Shown: piece by piece, positions 25,944-39,817 of the stretch
Position numbering within the stretch: the first letter of the stretch is position 1
Layout: every line of letters starts with the position of its first letter
NCBI RefSeq assembly: GCF_009834535.1
Contig: NC_045698.1
Location: 684,001-748,000, forward strand
Direction of reading: 5' to 3'
DNA: 64,000 nucleotides
From: Camelus ferus
Taxonomy: Eukaryota
The notes under the pieces: model-generated
What the model was told of the DNA's origin: nothing
What the model saw: the letters and a program-made list of their open reading frames with translations, nothing else
Database searches by the model: none
Position numbers and translations under genes: made by a program

Positions 25944-28900
25944 GAGCAGGTGAGTGACCTCGTGGGCGCAGCAGGTGTGGAAAGACTCCTGGTTTCATCT
26001 GGGGGCCCCACTGAGCCGGACCTGATGGCTCCCCTCACCCTAATGAAAGGTACTTGGCTGCAGGGGGTCCCGAGGCCCCAGACTAGGGATTCCCCTCCCC
26101 CAGAGCCAGGGCAGTGATGGGGAGGGGGGCGAGGGGAGACCTGAGTGAGGGTCTGGAGACAGCCAGCCCCTCCATTGGGCCGGGAGGCCCTGTCTTGAGG
26201 GTGTGTCTGGCTCGTGTCTGGGCTGTGGGACCCCGAAGCCTGGGGAGTAAAGGGGAGAAGCTCCCACCCAAGGTCTGCCTGTGCAGGGCGACAGGAACCG
26301 GTGCCCGGGGCCTGGGCTGGACGAGGCAGTGCTGGTGTCAAAGGTACGTGGCAGGGGTCTCTACACAGCCCAAAAGTGCTCAACCCCGGAAGGGGACCCA
26401 GTGACATCACCTCAGAGCCCCCCTCCACAGCGGGGGGGAACCTTGACCTCACTTCCCCTTCATGCACCCCACATTCTGTTGGAGAAACCAGGGGACAAAC
26501 ACTGAACTTGCTTCCTATGTAATACAGCCCCGGATACAGGACCCCACAAGGATGCACACAGGACCCCCAGCAGCCCTTACTGGGGGAGCCCCCATCACCA
26601 GTCCAGGCCACACAGAGCAGTGGAAGCCTGGCCTCTTGGGGGCCTGGAGGCAGAGGGCACGTGGAGGTGAGGGGCTTGTGCTGAAGGGAAGGGGAGGGCC
26701 GCCCATAGACACCTGTCCCCCCGGCCTGGACAGAAGCTCCCTGTCCCCTTGGGACGTGGCGTGAGGAGCTGCCATCTGCCCCTTTGCAGCGCTGGGCCTG
26801 CTCTGCACCCCACACAGGTTGGCCCCCCTCCCTGTGTCACCCCAGTGTCAGTCGTGGGCTCAGGCCTGGGCCCCCTCCTGGATGCGGGCACCCCGTCCCA
26901 GTACAGGAGCAATTGCTGGATCCTCAGGAACTGGGGGCCCACAGTTAACCAGGGGTGGCTTGAAATCAGCCACGTGGGATGCCTGTACCCCAGAAGGTGG
27001 CAAACACTGCGAACTGTGCACTGCTTACATAGGGCAGGTCACCAGCCTCACTAGGAGGTGAGCACTGGGGCCATTCGCAATGGCGGACAGCTCCTGGGGG
27101 TCCTCACGAGCCTCCACAGGGGCCTGGTCCCAATCGCAGGCAGAATTCCAGGTTGAGTCGGCTCAAGCAGAGCAGAAAAGACCAGTGGGGTCTGCATGGC
27201 AGAGAACCACCCCCCACCCCGGATATTCTGGACCTGAGAGCAGAGAGCACGCAGGATGGGGAGGACCCCGCAGCAGGTCAGGAGGCCACGGGCCATGGAC
27301 TGAGGACCAGCCCCACAGCTGCCTGGAGGCCCAGAGACAGTGGACATGGAGGACAGCAGACCCACGCTGATGCATGGCTGCCCGGCCTGGGGGGCCGTCA
27401 GGACAGGAGCAGACATCAAACCCACCTCAGTGCCCTGCGGGAGGGGCCACCACAAACACCCACTTGGCTGAACTGTTGAAAACCCGCCGTTAGGCTGCTG
27501 CTCCCAGGCCTGGGCACATGGGTCTGCGTGGGGCACCTGCAGACCCCCCGGGGCTGAGCCCTCACCCTGCATGCGAGGGGCCTCGGGCCCATGGCCACCA
27601 GGCTGGCACACACTCACTCTGGGTGGGTCTGAGCCATCCCGCCTGAAGAGGCTGGGCCAGGCGGGCACCAGGGGGCCCTCCTGCGGCCATTTCCTGCCTG
27701 GCAGCCCCAGAGCTCACCACCTGCTGACTTAGGGCCACAGGGTGTCCCTGGGGCTCCTCCCTTCCCACCTCCACCCCCACCCCCAGGGCCCTCTGCACTG
27801 ACCCTTCCCCTGCTGGATGACTGTCCCCTCCCTGGGAGCACCCAGGCCCTTCCTGGCAGCGGGTCTGAGAGACACAGAGACAGAGGCTGAATGTCATTTC
27901 CAAGATCTTTGGAGCTTTGGGAGCAAGAGCTAAGTGCTACGTGTTGAAGAATGAACATATTTTAAACTTGAATGAGACTTTGGTGCTTCTCTCCCCGGAG
28001 AGATGTGCTGAGAGTGTGTGGAGCTGGGGTGCCGCAGAGGCACAGCGAAAGGCCCTGAGGGCTCCTCGGTGTTGTCACCCCTGCACCCAGGCCTGTCGTC
28101 CTGGGGAATGGGAGCCTGGGGGCGAGTCGACCGTGGGGCGGGTGCAAGCAGCCCCGCCCACCCCCAGGCTGCCGCTCCCGTTGTCTCCCGGGTCCCACGG
28201 AGCCTGGGTCTGTAGGGGGACCTGCTGCAGGGATGGTGCAGTGCTGGGTCTGCATGGCTTTCATCAGATGGCTTGCAAACCTTAATCTCGGGGGAGGGGT
28301 CTCGGGGGCCCTGTCAGTGAGTGTGCGTGTCCGTGTGCATCTGTGTCCATCCGTGCCCCTGTGCCGTGTGAGTAAAATCTCATTATCTTGGAGTGCTTGC
28401 TCCCCCTGCTGGCTCATTGTGGAATTACCGCCCGCGCCATTCCCCGCGTGACCTAGTGCAGCCAGGACAGAGTGTCAGGGAGCGACCCACACCCAACGCC
28501 CGCAGGGGTCCAGAGCCTGTGGGGTATACACAGGGGACTGGCTGAGAACCCGGCCACCCACCTGGCCTCTGGGCAGAGCAGGGGTGGAGTCCCGGGGGAC
28601 AGGAGGCGTGGAAGAGGAAGGAAGAGACTGCAGTCGGAGGCCAGGGGGCATGGAGGAGCAGTGGGTGGGCCAGGACAATCTGTGCCCACCATGGGGTCAG
28701 CCGTGGTAGAGGGGTCAGGACCCCCTGTCCTGGGGTGGAGGGGCAAGGGGAGAGGAGGGTGTCCAGGGCGGGGCTTTTGGTCCTGCAGTTCAACCCCGGG
28801 GGTGAGCGTGCTGGCATCCAGCTGGGAGGGGGCTGCCCCTGGAGGGTGTGTGGGCTGCATTCCCTGAAGCCATGGTTGGCTGAACACCCCCTCCCCCCCG

Positions 28901-31900
28901 TGCCCTGGGTCTGGGGACCCTCCACCCCCACCTCCTCCAGGACAGCATGACCCCACAAAGATGGCCTGGCTTCATCTGAGAGTTTCCCATGAGTGCAGGT
29001 GGTGGGGAGCAGTCTGAGACCCCTCCCAGGAGGCGATTCCATAGGCTCCCCTCCCCTCCCGCTGCCTCAGCCGGTGGTCCCTTTGCTGGAACTCTCCCTG
29101 GCACCCCTCCTTTGGTTCCCCCCCGCCTCCGCACACTGAAGGCTGGGCACTATCCCTGCGGTGGAGACAAGCTTGTCTGTTGGCACTGCAGACTGCCGTG
29201 CAGGGCAGGGGTCAGGTGGCTCCGGGATGCCTCTCCTGGACCGTCTTCCTGGGCCGTCCAATCTCACCCTTGGGTAGGCAGAGGCCCCGGGAGACCTGCT
29301 CCAAAGATTGCAGTTTTCCTGAGCTGCACGGCAGGTGAGACTTAAGTCTGAGCCGCGGTGACTAAGGGCCTATGGGGGTGCCAGGCCTCCCCCGGGGCTG
29401 AGGTGAGCCAGAGGGACAGGGCGTGGGGCTGACCTGGGGAGTCCCAGGGCCAGAGGGAGCAGGTCACACATGCGGCCCCTCCTCCTTCCTCCACCCTCTG
29501 ACCTTGCCCTGGCTCCCTCCTCTGAAGACTCTGGTCAGGCCCCCACCCTCCTGGACACTTTTCCCAGCCTCTCACGTGTGGAGCTGACTCAGGCACTGTC
29601 CCCTAACCCCCGTGACCTTGCCCTCTGAACCCTGGCCACCACCCAAGACAACACCCAGGCCTGATGCTCCCCAAGCCCACCCCATCCGGGGTCATATCTG
29701 ACCCCCAGACCGTGTCCAGCCCAGAGCGCCTGGTCCATGACCTGGTGCCCTGGGCCCAGATCCCCTAGCTCGGCCCTGCCAACTCTGACGCCCTGTTGGG
29801 CCGGGGGTGACTTCCCTGACAGGGCCCTGGCCCTCGGCCTGAGCCACCTCGGAGTTCCCTGAGTCGGCTCTGGGCAGCCCTATGTCCTCCGGGGGCCCTC
29901 TGACCCTCTGACCTCCAGGAGGGTCCCCAGAGCCTGATTTCCTTCCCCCCCCCCCACCTCAGGCTTTCCTCATGTCCTTGACCCTGACGTCCAGCCTGGC
30001 CTCTCCTGACCACCTCCCTGCCCCGAAGTTTGCGGGTGGGGTCTAGATCCCGTAGCCCCACTCTGTGTGCTGCTCCCCTCCCCCTCCTCGCCCCCCTCGC
30101 CTGCCTCAGGCAGCCTGAGTGGCGGAGCTGACCGCACCCCTGTGGCGGCTAATCCCCACTGCCCGTCCCTGCCAGGGAAGCTCTTCTAAAAGAATTAACT
30201 CTCCTTCACACGAGTTCTTGCAAAATGCGCAGCTGAAGTTGTGAAAGTGGTCTCCTGTGCTGGGCTCCCTTCTCTCTCTCACTCTTCCTGCTCAGCTATC
30301 TCTTTAGAGTCCACCCTTGAATTCCAACTGCTGGGGTCTGCCCGCCTCCCTGCCTGGGAGCCCCAGGCCTGTCCTCCAGTGGCTGCAGAGGACAGGAGGT
30401 GGGTCATCTCCCACACCCGTGTGCACCTCAGGGAGGCTGGCACACGGGGCAGGGTCTTTGTAGCCCCCCTCCTGTGTCCCTCTTGGGGCATCAGCCCCAG
30501 GTCCTCCAGTGTCCCCTAGACATGCGTGTCCAGGCCCCACCCCCGGCCTGGGCCCCAAGGCTCCCTCCTTGGTGGGGTTGTCCCTCCGCCCTTTCCACTC
30601 ACACCCTCACTGCAGCCAGCACCATCTCAGCCCCAGGAACTCTGATGGGGAGGGCTCCCCCAACCTGCCTGGCTTGGAATGCCTCTCACCCTTGGGTAGT
30701 GATCCTGGCCTCTGGCCTGACCCTTGCCGGCCTCTCAGGCCCTGCTCTCTGCCCCTGACTCCGTTGGTCCTCCCTGAACATGGTGGGGGGTGCCCTGGGG
30801 CTCCTCGCCTGGCTCTTCTCTGCTTCCGCCCCGCCCCCCCCACCCCCGGGCCTGTCCACCACTGAATGGCACCTGATGGGGCCGTTGTGTTGAGGGCCAT
30901 ACAGGGCATCTCTGCAAGGCACTCTAAGATCTACCAGTGAACGCAGCCACACAGACGCCAGCTTCTTGGCTCGGCTGTGCCCCATCTGTTAAAGGGGCCA
31001 CGGGAACCCCGGCAGAGTCCACACTGAGAGAGCCTGAGAACCAGCGCTCTGGCCCGCGGTCAGTGTAGCCTCCAGTGAGGTCCGTCTCGGGCGGGCCCTG
31101 GTGCACAGGAGCTGTGGGATTACGGAGAAACGGTTCCAAAATGGTCGTTGGGGTGAACCTCGAATTTTGTTCTTGTGATAGAAATGTTCCTCCCAAACCG
31201 CATTCCCTTCAAAGCGCCTCTGTTACGAGGCTTGGGTGCACTGGCACCCACCCTGCCTGCCAGAGGTCAACAGTGAGCCTCAGCCAAATTCCAGAGTGAC
31301 GGGTCCTGCTCACATGCAGCTCACGTGTCCCCGAGGGCACGGCAGCGGCTTGTGGGCGGCGGCCAGCCTGGAGGCTGGGCATGGACGTAAGGGCACAGTT
31401 GTGGGCTCTGTGCCCCTCCCCACGATGGACCCCCGGGACCTACTCTGTGTGTCTCTGTGCACCTAAGATCTGCTCTGAAACCCAAACAGGGCAGCTGTGA
31501 AGTGGGGAGCCCTGCCTCCCCGGGGGGACGCAGGGCGCCCAGTGAGGAGGGGGCTGTGGGGAGGGCAGCCCAGGGCTGGGGGTCTGCTGAGCTCGTTCTG
31601 CGAGGACTGAGGAAAGGCTGTCAGCATCTCGAGGGAGCTGGGTGCAGGAGGGGGCTGACTTCCAGGGTCAGGGGCGGTTGCAGGGGCCTGAGGCTCTGGG
31701 ACTGGTCCAGGTGAGTCCGGGAGGGCAGGACGAGGGCTGAGGGGCCAGAGGTTTGTGGAAGAGGGTCCTGGAATAGGGGTGGGGGTGTCATGTGGGGACC
31801 CTTGAAGGGGCCACAGGTGTAAAGGCCAGGTTCCCAGACTGTCCCACCCCCAAGGTTCCTGCCCACCCCTCAGGGTTTCTCTCCAAGGACACTAGTTAGG

Positions 31901-32789
31901 GGTGGGGTGCAGGGTCTCGTGGAAAATTACTGGGCTGGACGTCCGCTGAGAAGTCATCTCCTCAGGTTGATGGTTAATCCTGCTCGTCGGCTGGAAAACA
32001 ATCTGACCCGTTTCTGGGAATGCCCTGAGCAGGGGCAGCTGGTGACAGCTGGGCACTGACCGTGGGGCAGCCCTCCGCCCTGCTCAGAAACTCCCGCCTC
32101 GCTGGGGAGGGCGGGTCAGGCCGCTGCTCTGCTCTGGGAGGCCCCGGGGCCAAGTGCTCTGAGCCTCGGGTGTGACTCCCCGACACAGAGAGGTGGGAAA
32201 ACAGCCCAGAGCCCTCACCTCTCAGAAGGAGGGTAGTGGCAACTGCAATCATGAAAATCAATGGAAGAGACCCCAGCTAGAACCGAGGGGTGGGGGGGTC
32301 CTCCAGCAGGGACCACTCACATCAGTACAGGTGCCGGCAGGGAGTCAGGACGTCACCACCTCCTCACACCAGCGGGAGGAGGAAAGATGCCCCACGCCCG
32401 GCCACCGCTCAGCCAATGAAAACCCACCCCCGCGAAACCCGTTTCCTCCAGAAGACGGTGCTCACACGTCACCACACTCGCGTGTCCAGAATCGCACTTC
32501 TTTGCTGTTCTTGAGCGAATCTGATTTCTGGTAAAAAATAATTGGCTGTTTACTGTTTTCAGTTAACCTACTGAAAATACGTAAGTAGCTGAGGGACCTG
32601 AAAAACCTTAATGCAGCCAGAAACGAGACACACAAACCAGTATCTTAGCCACGAACTCCTACTTAAGCCGGCAACGGTTGGAGTGACGTCCAGTGCTTCC
32701 CAGGGGCACGTGGAGTCAGCACTCCTGCGCCGAGGTCTTTCCAGAAAGCAGCTTTCATTTCCTTCAGCCTCCTGAGCCACTTCTAGAAA

Positions 32790-33250
32790 AATCCATCCCA
32801 GGAGTTCAAAGATGGGGAGAAGGGTTTTTGAACAAAGATGTTTATTGCAGCAGTATTTATAATAACTAAAATCTCAAACACCAGAACTGCCCAACAATAG
32901 AAAAATGGGTAACATGGTCACACAAACTCCAGTACGGCCCCACATGGGGGCCAGTGGGCAGTGTGAATTTTGTGGTGTGGGAAAATAACACGTTAGGTGG
33001 AAAAATGAAGAATGACACCCGTTATGTATGAGTATCAGCATGTATGTGCAGCATGTGTGCACGTGTGTGTGTGCACACGTACATGAGGATAAAAATGCTG
33101 GACTGGTTTTTTACCGCCATCTACGGATCGTGAAATCACAAATGCTTTTTACTCATCTCTTGCGTTTGTTCTGAATCTTCCAAGTTACATGACACATTTC
33201 CATTACACAAATGTGTTAATTTCATAATCACAGAAGCGGCAAAAAGACAA
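32790..33250 (+). mobile_element. Old L1 (L1ME-like) 3' fragment
   Basis: AAAGATGTTTATTGCAGCAGTATTTATAATAACTAAAA...TGCCCAACAATAGAAAAATGG. Confidence 0.6.
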
Positions 33251-34684
33251 ATGTGCACGTGCCACTACTGACCTGGCCAGATCACTTTAGACCCTTTAGC
33301 TTCTGTCTTGTCTGCTTTTTCTAACCATGAGAATAAGCCGGAGGGCTCTGTGGGCGGGCCCTGGGCTCCCGGCGGGCCTCGGGGTCCCCAGGCCTCCTGC
33401 CCGCCCTGCTGCGCCCACCGTGTTCCTCCCCGGCGCCCGCGGGCCAAGGCAGCTGTTATCGTGAGGAAGGCAGGATCTCACTGCATCCTGTCCCAGCTTA
33501 TCTTGGGGCTATTTCCTCAAAGACCCAGGTCGGTAACAACCTGTTCTCTGGACAACCCAGCAGTAAACAAACACAGGAAGGGGCCTCCAGGGGACTCTGG
33601 CCTCCCACCTGGCCAGGTGAGTGCAGCGGGAAGCCTGCGTCCCTGGGTTCAGGCGCACTCAGGCAGGTGCTCCGGGGACCCCCACTCCCAGTGGGCAGGG
33701 CCTGGGAGCTGCATCCCTCTGCGTTCAGACAGGGCTCTCAGGCAGGGGTGATTCTGACCCTGTGGCTCGCCTCTGGGCCCACAAGTCGATGAGACTGGGC
33801 CTGGGTGGGGTCTGAACGGAGGAGCGTCAGAGGTCCCTGAGACTTCCGAGGCTACTACGCAGTGACTCGAGCCTTATAAACAGGCGTCTCCATGAAGACG
33901 CAGGATGGAGAGGCAAAGGTTACTGACCCGGGAGATCCCGAGACTGTCCCCGGCCCCCACCGCTGCCCGCCCTGCCTCTCGTGCTGGATGGCTTCCAAAG
34001 CCCGGGTGTGGCTGGGCCGTCAGGAGTCACGGATAACCCGTCCTGTCCTAAGGCTTTCGGATGGCGCCGTCCTGCCCGGCACAGGAAGACTTCATAACGC
34101 GGCTGCTCAGCTTCCTTTCCCGCGGATTTGGAGCGTGAGCCATCCTCTTAGCACAAATGCGAGAAAAATCTGAAGCTGACCGGGTGTCCGTTGGGATGGC
34201 ATCTGATTGAAAAGACACCAAATTTTACAAAATTTTATCAAGGCTTCAAAACAAGCCGTCTGGTCCATTTCAACTGCGCTTTCTAAGACTTACAAAATTA
34301 GCAAAGATTAAAACCAGTAATACTGATTGTCAGTAAAAGTGCGGTGGGCGGACTGTCCTGCTGGCTGGTGGGATCACAGCAACGTGGGGTCTGCATCTGC
34401 TCCCGAGGTGGGAGTGGTCCGCGGCCCCGAAATTCTCTCCCAGCAACTGACCCCAACTAAGTGACCAGAATTCTGGATCGACACACAGGGTGAAGGAGCA
34501 TGGTGTAAAACCCTAAGTTAACTTGTCGTCAGCTGAATCCAGGGATATAAATTACTACGCACTGTGGTCAATTTGGGATTACCCCAGGAAGATAAGGTTG
34601 TTTTAAAGTTAAAAATGAGCAGTTCATTAAGAGAACCCAGGGATGGGTATTTGTAAACACGCATCAAAACAGAGGAGGCCTCTT

Positions 34685-34748
34685 GAGGTGAGGTGGCCCC
34701 TCGAGGTGGGGAGGCCCCTCGAGGTGGGGAGGCCCCCCGAGGTGGGGT
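34685..34748. repeat. 18-bp tandem repeat, about 3.5 copies
   Basis: GAGGTGGGGAGGCCCCTC units. Confidence 0.8.
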
Positions 34749-35039
34749 TCTTGGGGGCGTGATGGAAGTGCTGGCCCTGGCTGTAGAGGTGGCTGCTGTG
34801 AACACACTGAAAAGAGACTGAATTGTACTTGGTGACGTTTACACGTCCATCAGGCTGTTCCAGCAGAATAAAGGGACTCAGTACACGCAGAGTAGAAGGG
34901 GGACTCCTTTATCCGACAAGAGTTTGCACAAGCATCTCCCTCGCACTCGATGGGCCCAAAGGGGAAACACTGAAAACGTCTCACGAGATGGGGAGCGAGG
35001 CAGGGGTGCAGCCGGACACCATGTGAGGAGGTGAGAAAA

Positions 35040-36360
35040 ATGAGAGTGAAAGGCGGAAGGTGGGAAAGTGTTAAATTGAAACTGTCCTTTTCAGTTGGTA
35101 TAATTTTGTATTGAGGGTATCTTTAAAAATCAACGGTTAAACGTATTAGAGAAAGATTTCCATCTAAAAATAGTGTTGTCACACATGTCAGCAGTACACA
35201 ATGAGAAGGTGAACGTTAAAAACAATGTTATTCACAAGAGCATCCAATAAGTCAAACCCCAAGAATAAATGTAATAAAAGATCTCCAGACAGAAGAACTG
35301 TAAAACACTACGGAGAAAGAGAAAGCCTGTGCTGTTGGAGGGGCACGCTGTGCTCATGGCTTGCAAAACCCCGTATTTTAAAGACCCCATTTAAATCGAC
35401 CTGTAGACCCATAGATTGAATGCACTTTGGTCCAAGTCCCAGACGGCATTCCGTGGGAACTTACAAGCTTGTTCTAAGATGTATGTGCCCTTGAAGTGTT
35501 GCAGAAGAAACGTGTTACAGCCCAGCGTTGTTACAGCTCAGTCGTGACAGCAACCAGGATCCGGGCAAGAGACTGAGCAGCACTCGGAGAGTCGGACGGA
35601 GAACTCAGCTTTACTACGCCAGCGGGCCCAGAGGAGTGAACACTCCAAGCTCTGGACGCGGTCTGCAGGGTTGCACAGGCTGTTATAGGCTGCTAGTTTA
35701 CACTTTGCAACATCATATGCAAATAAGGTGTAACAAAAATTGACTAATTAGGGACAAGCTTTGTAGAAATGGACCAATCAGGAGTGAGAGAAATAACCAA
35801 TCAGAGGTGAGCTCAGGGAACCAATAGAATTTTCGGGGTAAGTAAGCCGTTTCAGAGGCAAAAAGTGAGCTAGAGCCTCTGGGCCGGGAACCGGACGGCG
35901 CCGGCAGGAGAGCAGCGGCCCTGCCTGGGGGTCCTGCCGGTCTTTTTATGGGGCTTCCCGCCTCAGAAGAACACAGCTGGAAGACACGAAGTCTGTGATA
36001 AAACTTCGGGAGTGAGGGCTGCCTGCCCTTGAGGAAAAGGTAGACAAAGAGACCAAAAGAGCAGAGTGTGTCGTGGAGACACAGACCGCGCAGACACCAA
36101 GAGGTTTACCGCAAAGGCAGCTCTAGGGGAAGATGTGCAAGGGTGACATTTTGAGTAAACGGGGCCACAGCATTTGAATATTCCTCCCCCTCCAACAAGA
36201 AGGCTCTCGACTGACAGCTGCCTCACACGACACGGGAGACTCAGTTCCGAGTGGCTCACTGACTTCAGCGTGTAAGGAAACACTAAGGCTTCTGGACGGA
36301 AGGCGAGAGGATGTCCGCAGGACCGGGAGGTAGGCGAAGGGACTTACAGGAGCGGTGATC
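35040..36360 (+). mobile_element. Old L1 ORF2 fragment, interrupted by a solo LTR
   Basis: A-rich eroded ORF2 phrases on both sides of the LTR (TAGATTGAATGCA...CAAGCTTGTTCTAAGATGTATGTG / GAAGAACACAGCTGGAAGAC...TAGACAAAGAGACCAA). Confidence 0.6.
35497..35965 (-). mobile_element. Solo ERV (ERV1-like) LTR, 469 bp, with 4-bp TSD
   Basis: TG...CA termini, GAAG on both sides (35493-35496 and 35966-35969), three CCAAT boxes, minus-strand TATAA (35683-35687) and AGTAAA (35610-35615). Confidence 0.85.
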
Positions 36361-38322
36361 GGACAACGCTGCCACGAGCACTTCTGTTCATTAGAAGCGC
36401 CCACAGGCGGAGGGCCGGGCCGGGCCCGGGGGGAGGAGCCTGTGGAGCCCTGTCCAGGGCTCCCGAAAATGTCCTGGACATTAGTGGGAAGGAGTCAGCC
36501 CCCCACGATCTAAGGGCATTTGAACAGCATTTCCCAGGAGGTTAGCGATGTCACAGGCCTCGGGGAAATGCAGAGTAAAGACGTAACAAGCACCCTTGCT
36601 GGGGACACAATGGCCACTGAGTAAGAGGGCTGGCGACTGGGACTGTGGAACAACCCCGGGGCCGGCGGGTGGTGGGCTCCACCCCCGGGGAGTGGTTTGG
36701 CCACATCTGCTTGGGCTGGGCCCCCCTTGGGGGACAGACACGCACGTGCCGGGAGGAGAGGACGGGCTTCAGAGTGGCTCCTGTGGTAACGGCACAGCTG
36801 GACTCCTGCAGCTAGAACAGAGGAATGAACCCTGGCCCCCCCGGCACCTCCACCAGGGAGCCGGCAGGGCGGTGGCGGGAAAGACCCCGGGAACTCGCTG
36901 AGCCCTGGAGGCCTGGAGCAGGCAGTGTAGACCGTGGATGCCGGGAGCAGGAGGTGTAGACCATGGATGCTGTCGGGTGCCCCTCAGGAACAGCAGACCC
37001 AGCTGCGCTTTCAGACCTGCAGATGGTGGTTGCTTTGGGGGAGGTAGGGGTGCCTGGTAGGGAGCAGGGCCTCAGGGGCTCTGGAATGTTCTGTTCTTGA
37101 TCTGGGTGATCTTGGATGTTCCTGCTTTACGAAAATTCACCAACCTGCCAACCGGTAACAAAAAGACGTGTGTTCACATACATTTACCACGACAATACTT
37201 AGAACGGGGACAAGTGGAAAGCGGCAGAGGTGTGCTGTGCCGGGGATTTTTCTGTGATAAACGACTGCACACGCAGCACCGAGCACGCCTGATGGTCCAT
37301 GTCAAAAATGACATTTGGAGGAAAAATCTAACAAAAAGTTAGTAACATAAAACAAATTTAAATATAGTCTTAAAATTTTTAATTTAACAAAAGGAAATTA
37401 CTCAAGATATAATGTTAAGTAAAGCTCAGGCACAGACAGAAATTTCAAGGGGTGAGTGTGTGTGCGTCGCCCACGGGGGACTGAGGGAGCTCTCCGTGTT
37501 CGTCTCCGGCTGGTGGTTGAAAACCCTCCGATTTTCCTCACTGAGCATGTGTTTCCTTTGTAGTAAAATGTTGTTCTGGCAGGTGTGGGCGGAGAGCCAT
37601 GGTTCGGTGTGGAAGGAGGTGGCCTCGGGCTGCTGGAGGGGAGGGACTGCAGATGCCCTGGCATGTTGTCATGGACGAACGGGACTTTCCACAAGGTGCC
37701 CGTGACCTCTCAGCTTTGAGAGAGGCGCAGGGGTCCCGGCAGCCGTGGGGTGGTGCCTCTCGGGCTCCTCCAGGCCGGGGGAGGGGATGGGAGGGGATGG
37801 AAGGGGCAGTGGATTCAAACGCTGTCTCTGGCCTCTGTCTTCCTGGTTGTTTCCAAATACAATTCTAGCGAGAGCAGAAGGCCTGCTGGGCCTGCCGTCC
37901 CTTCCCCTGGGCCACCCTGGAGTTTGGAAAGGGGCTGACCCTTGAGTGGTCTCAGGGACCTGTGGGCCCTGGGGGGCTACCAGGAGGGGGAGCCTGGAAA
38001 GGAGGGGCATGAGCAGTTAGCCAAGTAACTAAGTAAACCGCACCTCCCGTCCCACGGGAAGGAGATAAGGCTGCGCAGGAGGGAAGAGTGGGAGGTGTCC
38101 GGCTGCGGGCAAGCCGGCGACCTTGGATAGATGCCCTGGCTGGAAGGTGGGGGGGCGGGCCCCTGGGCCCTGGGAGGGGCAGGAGGGGCCTCAGCTGGAG
38201 GGCAGCAGGGGCAGTGAGAGGTCCCAGCAGGTCAGGCAGCACCTGCAGGTCAAGGAAGGTGGCGGAGGTTCCAGCAGGAGGGTCCGGGGAGAGCAGATGC
38301 CTCCGAGAGGCTGTGGAAGCCT

Positions 38323-38573
38323 CCCCTCCCCCTCCCTGCCCCCTTATCCCATCCTCCCTCCCTTCCTCCCTTCCCTCCGCTCCTCTTTCTCCCCCTCCCT
38401 TCCCCTGCCCTCTTTCCTCCTCTCCCCTCCTCCCCCTTCCTCCCACCTTCTGCCAGCATCTCTGACTCTGTCTCTGCCTCCATCTCTCTACCCCCCTCTC
38501 TCTCTGTCGCTCTCTGTCCCTGTCTTTTCCTCCGTCTCTGTCTCTGGCTCTCTCTCTGTCTCTCTCTCTCTCC
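38323..38573. repeat. Polypyrimidine / (CT)n low-complexity tract
   Basis: About 250 nt, almost purely C/T. Confidence 0.9.
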
Positions 38574-39817
38574 ACAGGGCCTCTACCGCCGGCCCCGCCC
38601 TCCAGTCCATGCCCGTCTCAGAAGCCAGATGTCCCTAAAAACACACCTGATCTCTCTCTTCCGGCCTCCACCCTCCCCACTCACCCCCATCCTGTGGGCA
38701 AAGGTCGGGGTCCTGAACTCCTTCCTCCCCGAGTGACCCCCACCCGCCTTCCCTGGCCTATTCCTCGAATGTCAGTGTGAACCAGTCCCATGGAGTGGAG
38801 AGGGTGTAGACCGCGCCTGGCAGAGTCGGGCAGAGGCAGGAAGACAGAGTCCATGCTCCAGCGAAGGCCACGGGGCTGGGAAGGACAGGGTGGGGGGCAG
38901 GGAGGGTTCTGCCAAAGGTCGACCCTGGAGGCTGGACAGAGGCCGCTGGGAAGGACATTCCTCAAGGAAGTCTCTGTGGTGGGGCGGGTGTGGCCCCGAC
39001 CTCAGGGCAGGCGGGCTGGGGGACCAGGGACCTCAGGACTGGGGGTAGGGGCACGGGGACACCCTCCCACTCACTGCATCAGAAGCTGTGCCCAAATTCC
39101 CACTCAGCCTTCAATGTCGGCTTGGATGTGACCCCTGCCGGGATGCCCGCCCCCAGCCCAGGGGCCAGACTGGGCCACCCCCTGCCCCCTGCAACCACTG
39201 CGGTCACCCTATGGAGGCCACATCATTCTCTGGGTGCACCATTGGCTCCCTGTGTCTCCCGGCCTGACTGGTCTGCCCTGGGGGCAGGGACCCCAATTCC
39301 CACTGCCGTCCTGGTGCCCAGCGAGGGGCTGCCTCACTCGTGGCTCCCGCAGGAAGGACAGAAATCCCTAGGGCAGGGCTGAGAGGCAGCAGGGGGATGG
39401 TTTTGAGTCCCATGACAACCTGTGTGGACAGGGGCCCTGGAGCGGCTCTGGGTACCTGATGCTGGTGGACCCTGCCTCTGAGGAGCTTTTTAGAGCCCAG
39501 AGCTCAGGCGGGAGGGGTCCAGCTGCTCTGAGTCAGTGTGAACAGGGCCAGGGGGGCTGCCCCCAGGGCCCCGGGCTCCAGCTTCTGTACCTGGACCCAG
39601 ACAGGGAACAGGGTTGGGAGTGCCCGCTGTCTGGGAGAGGGCCTGCTGCCTCCTCTGAAGTGGGGGTGTGGCTGATGGGAGAGGCTCCGTGGGTCTGGGG
39701 GAGACCCCTGTCCTGCAGGACCAGGTGGGATGAGGTCCCTCCTCCCAGAGTGTGGGGGTGGGAGAGCCTCACCTGTGCTGTCAGGCTTGCTCGGGGGAGG
39801 GTCCAGGCGCCACGGCC

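Noticed and set aside
25421..26815. 464-aa minus-strand ORF
   Set aside because: Runs through a TG microsatellite; low-complexity P/G/S composition; no homology recognised.
36915..36972. Two-copy direct repeat of about 29 bp (GGAGCAGG..GTGTAGACC.TGGATGC)
   Set aside because: Simple local duplication within probable old repeat sequence.
18600..39800. Possible lncRNA between the SLC12A7 exon and SLC6A19
   Set aside because: No exon structure can be supported from sequence alone.
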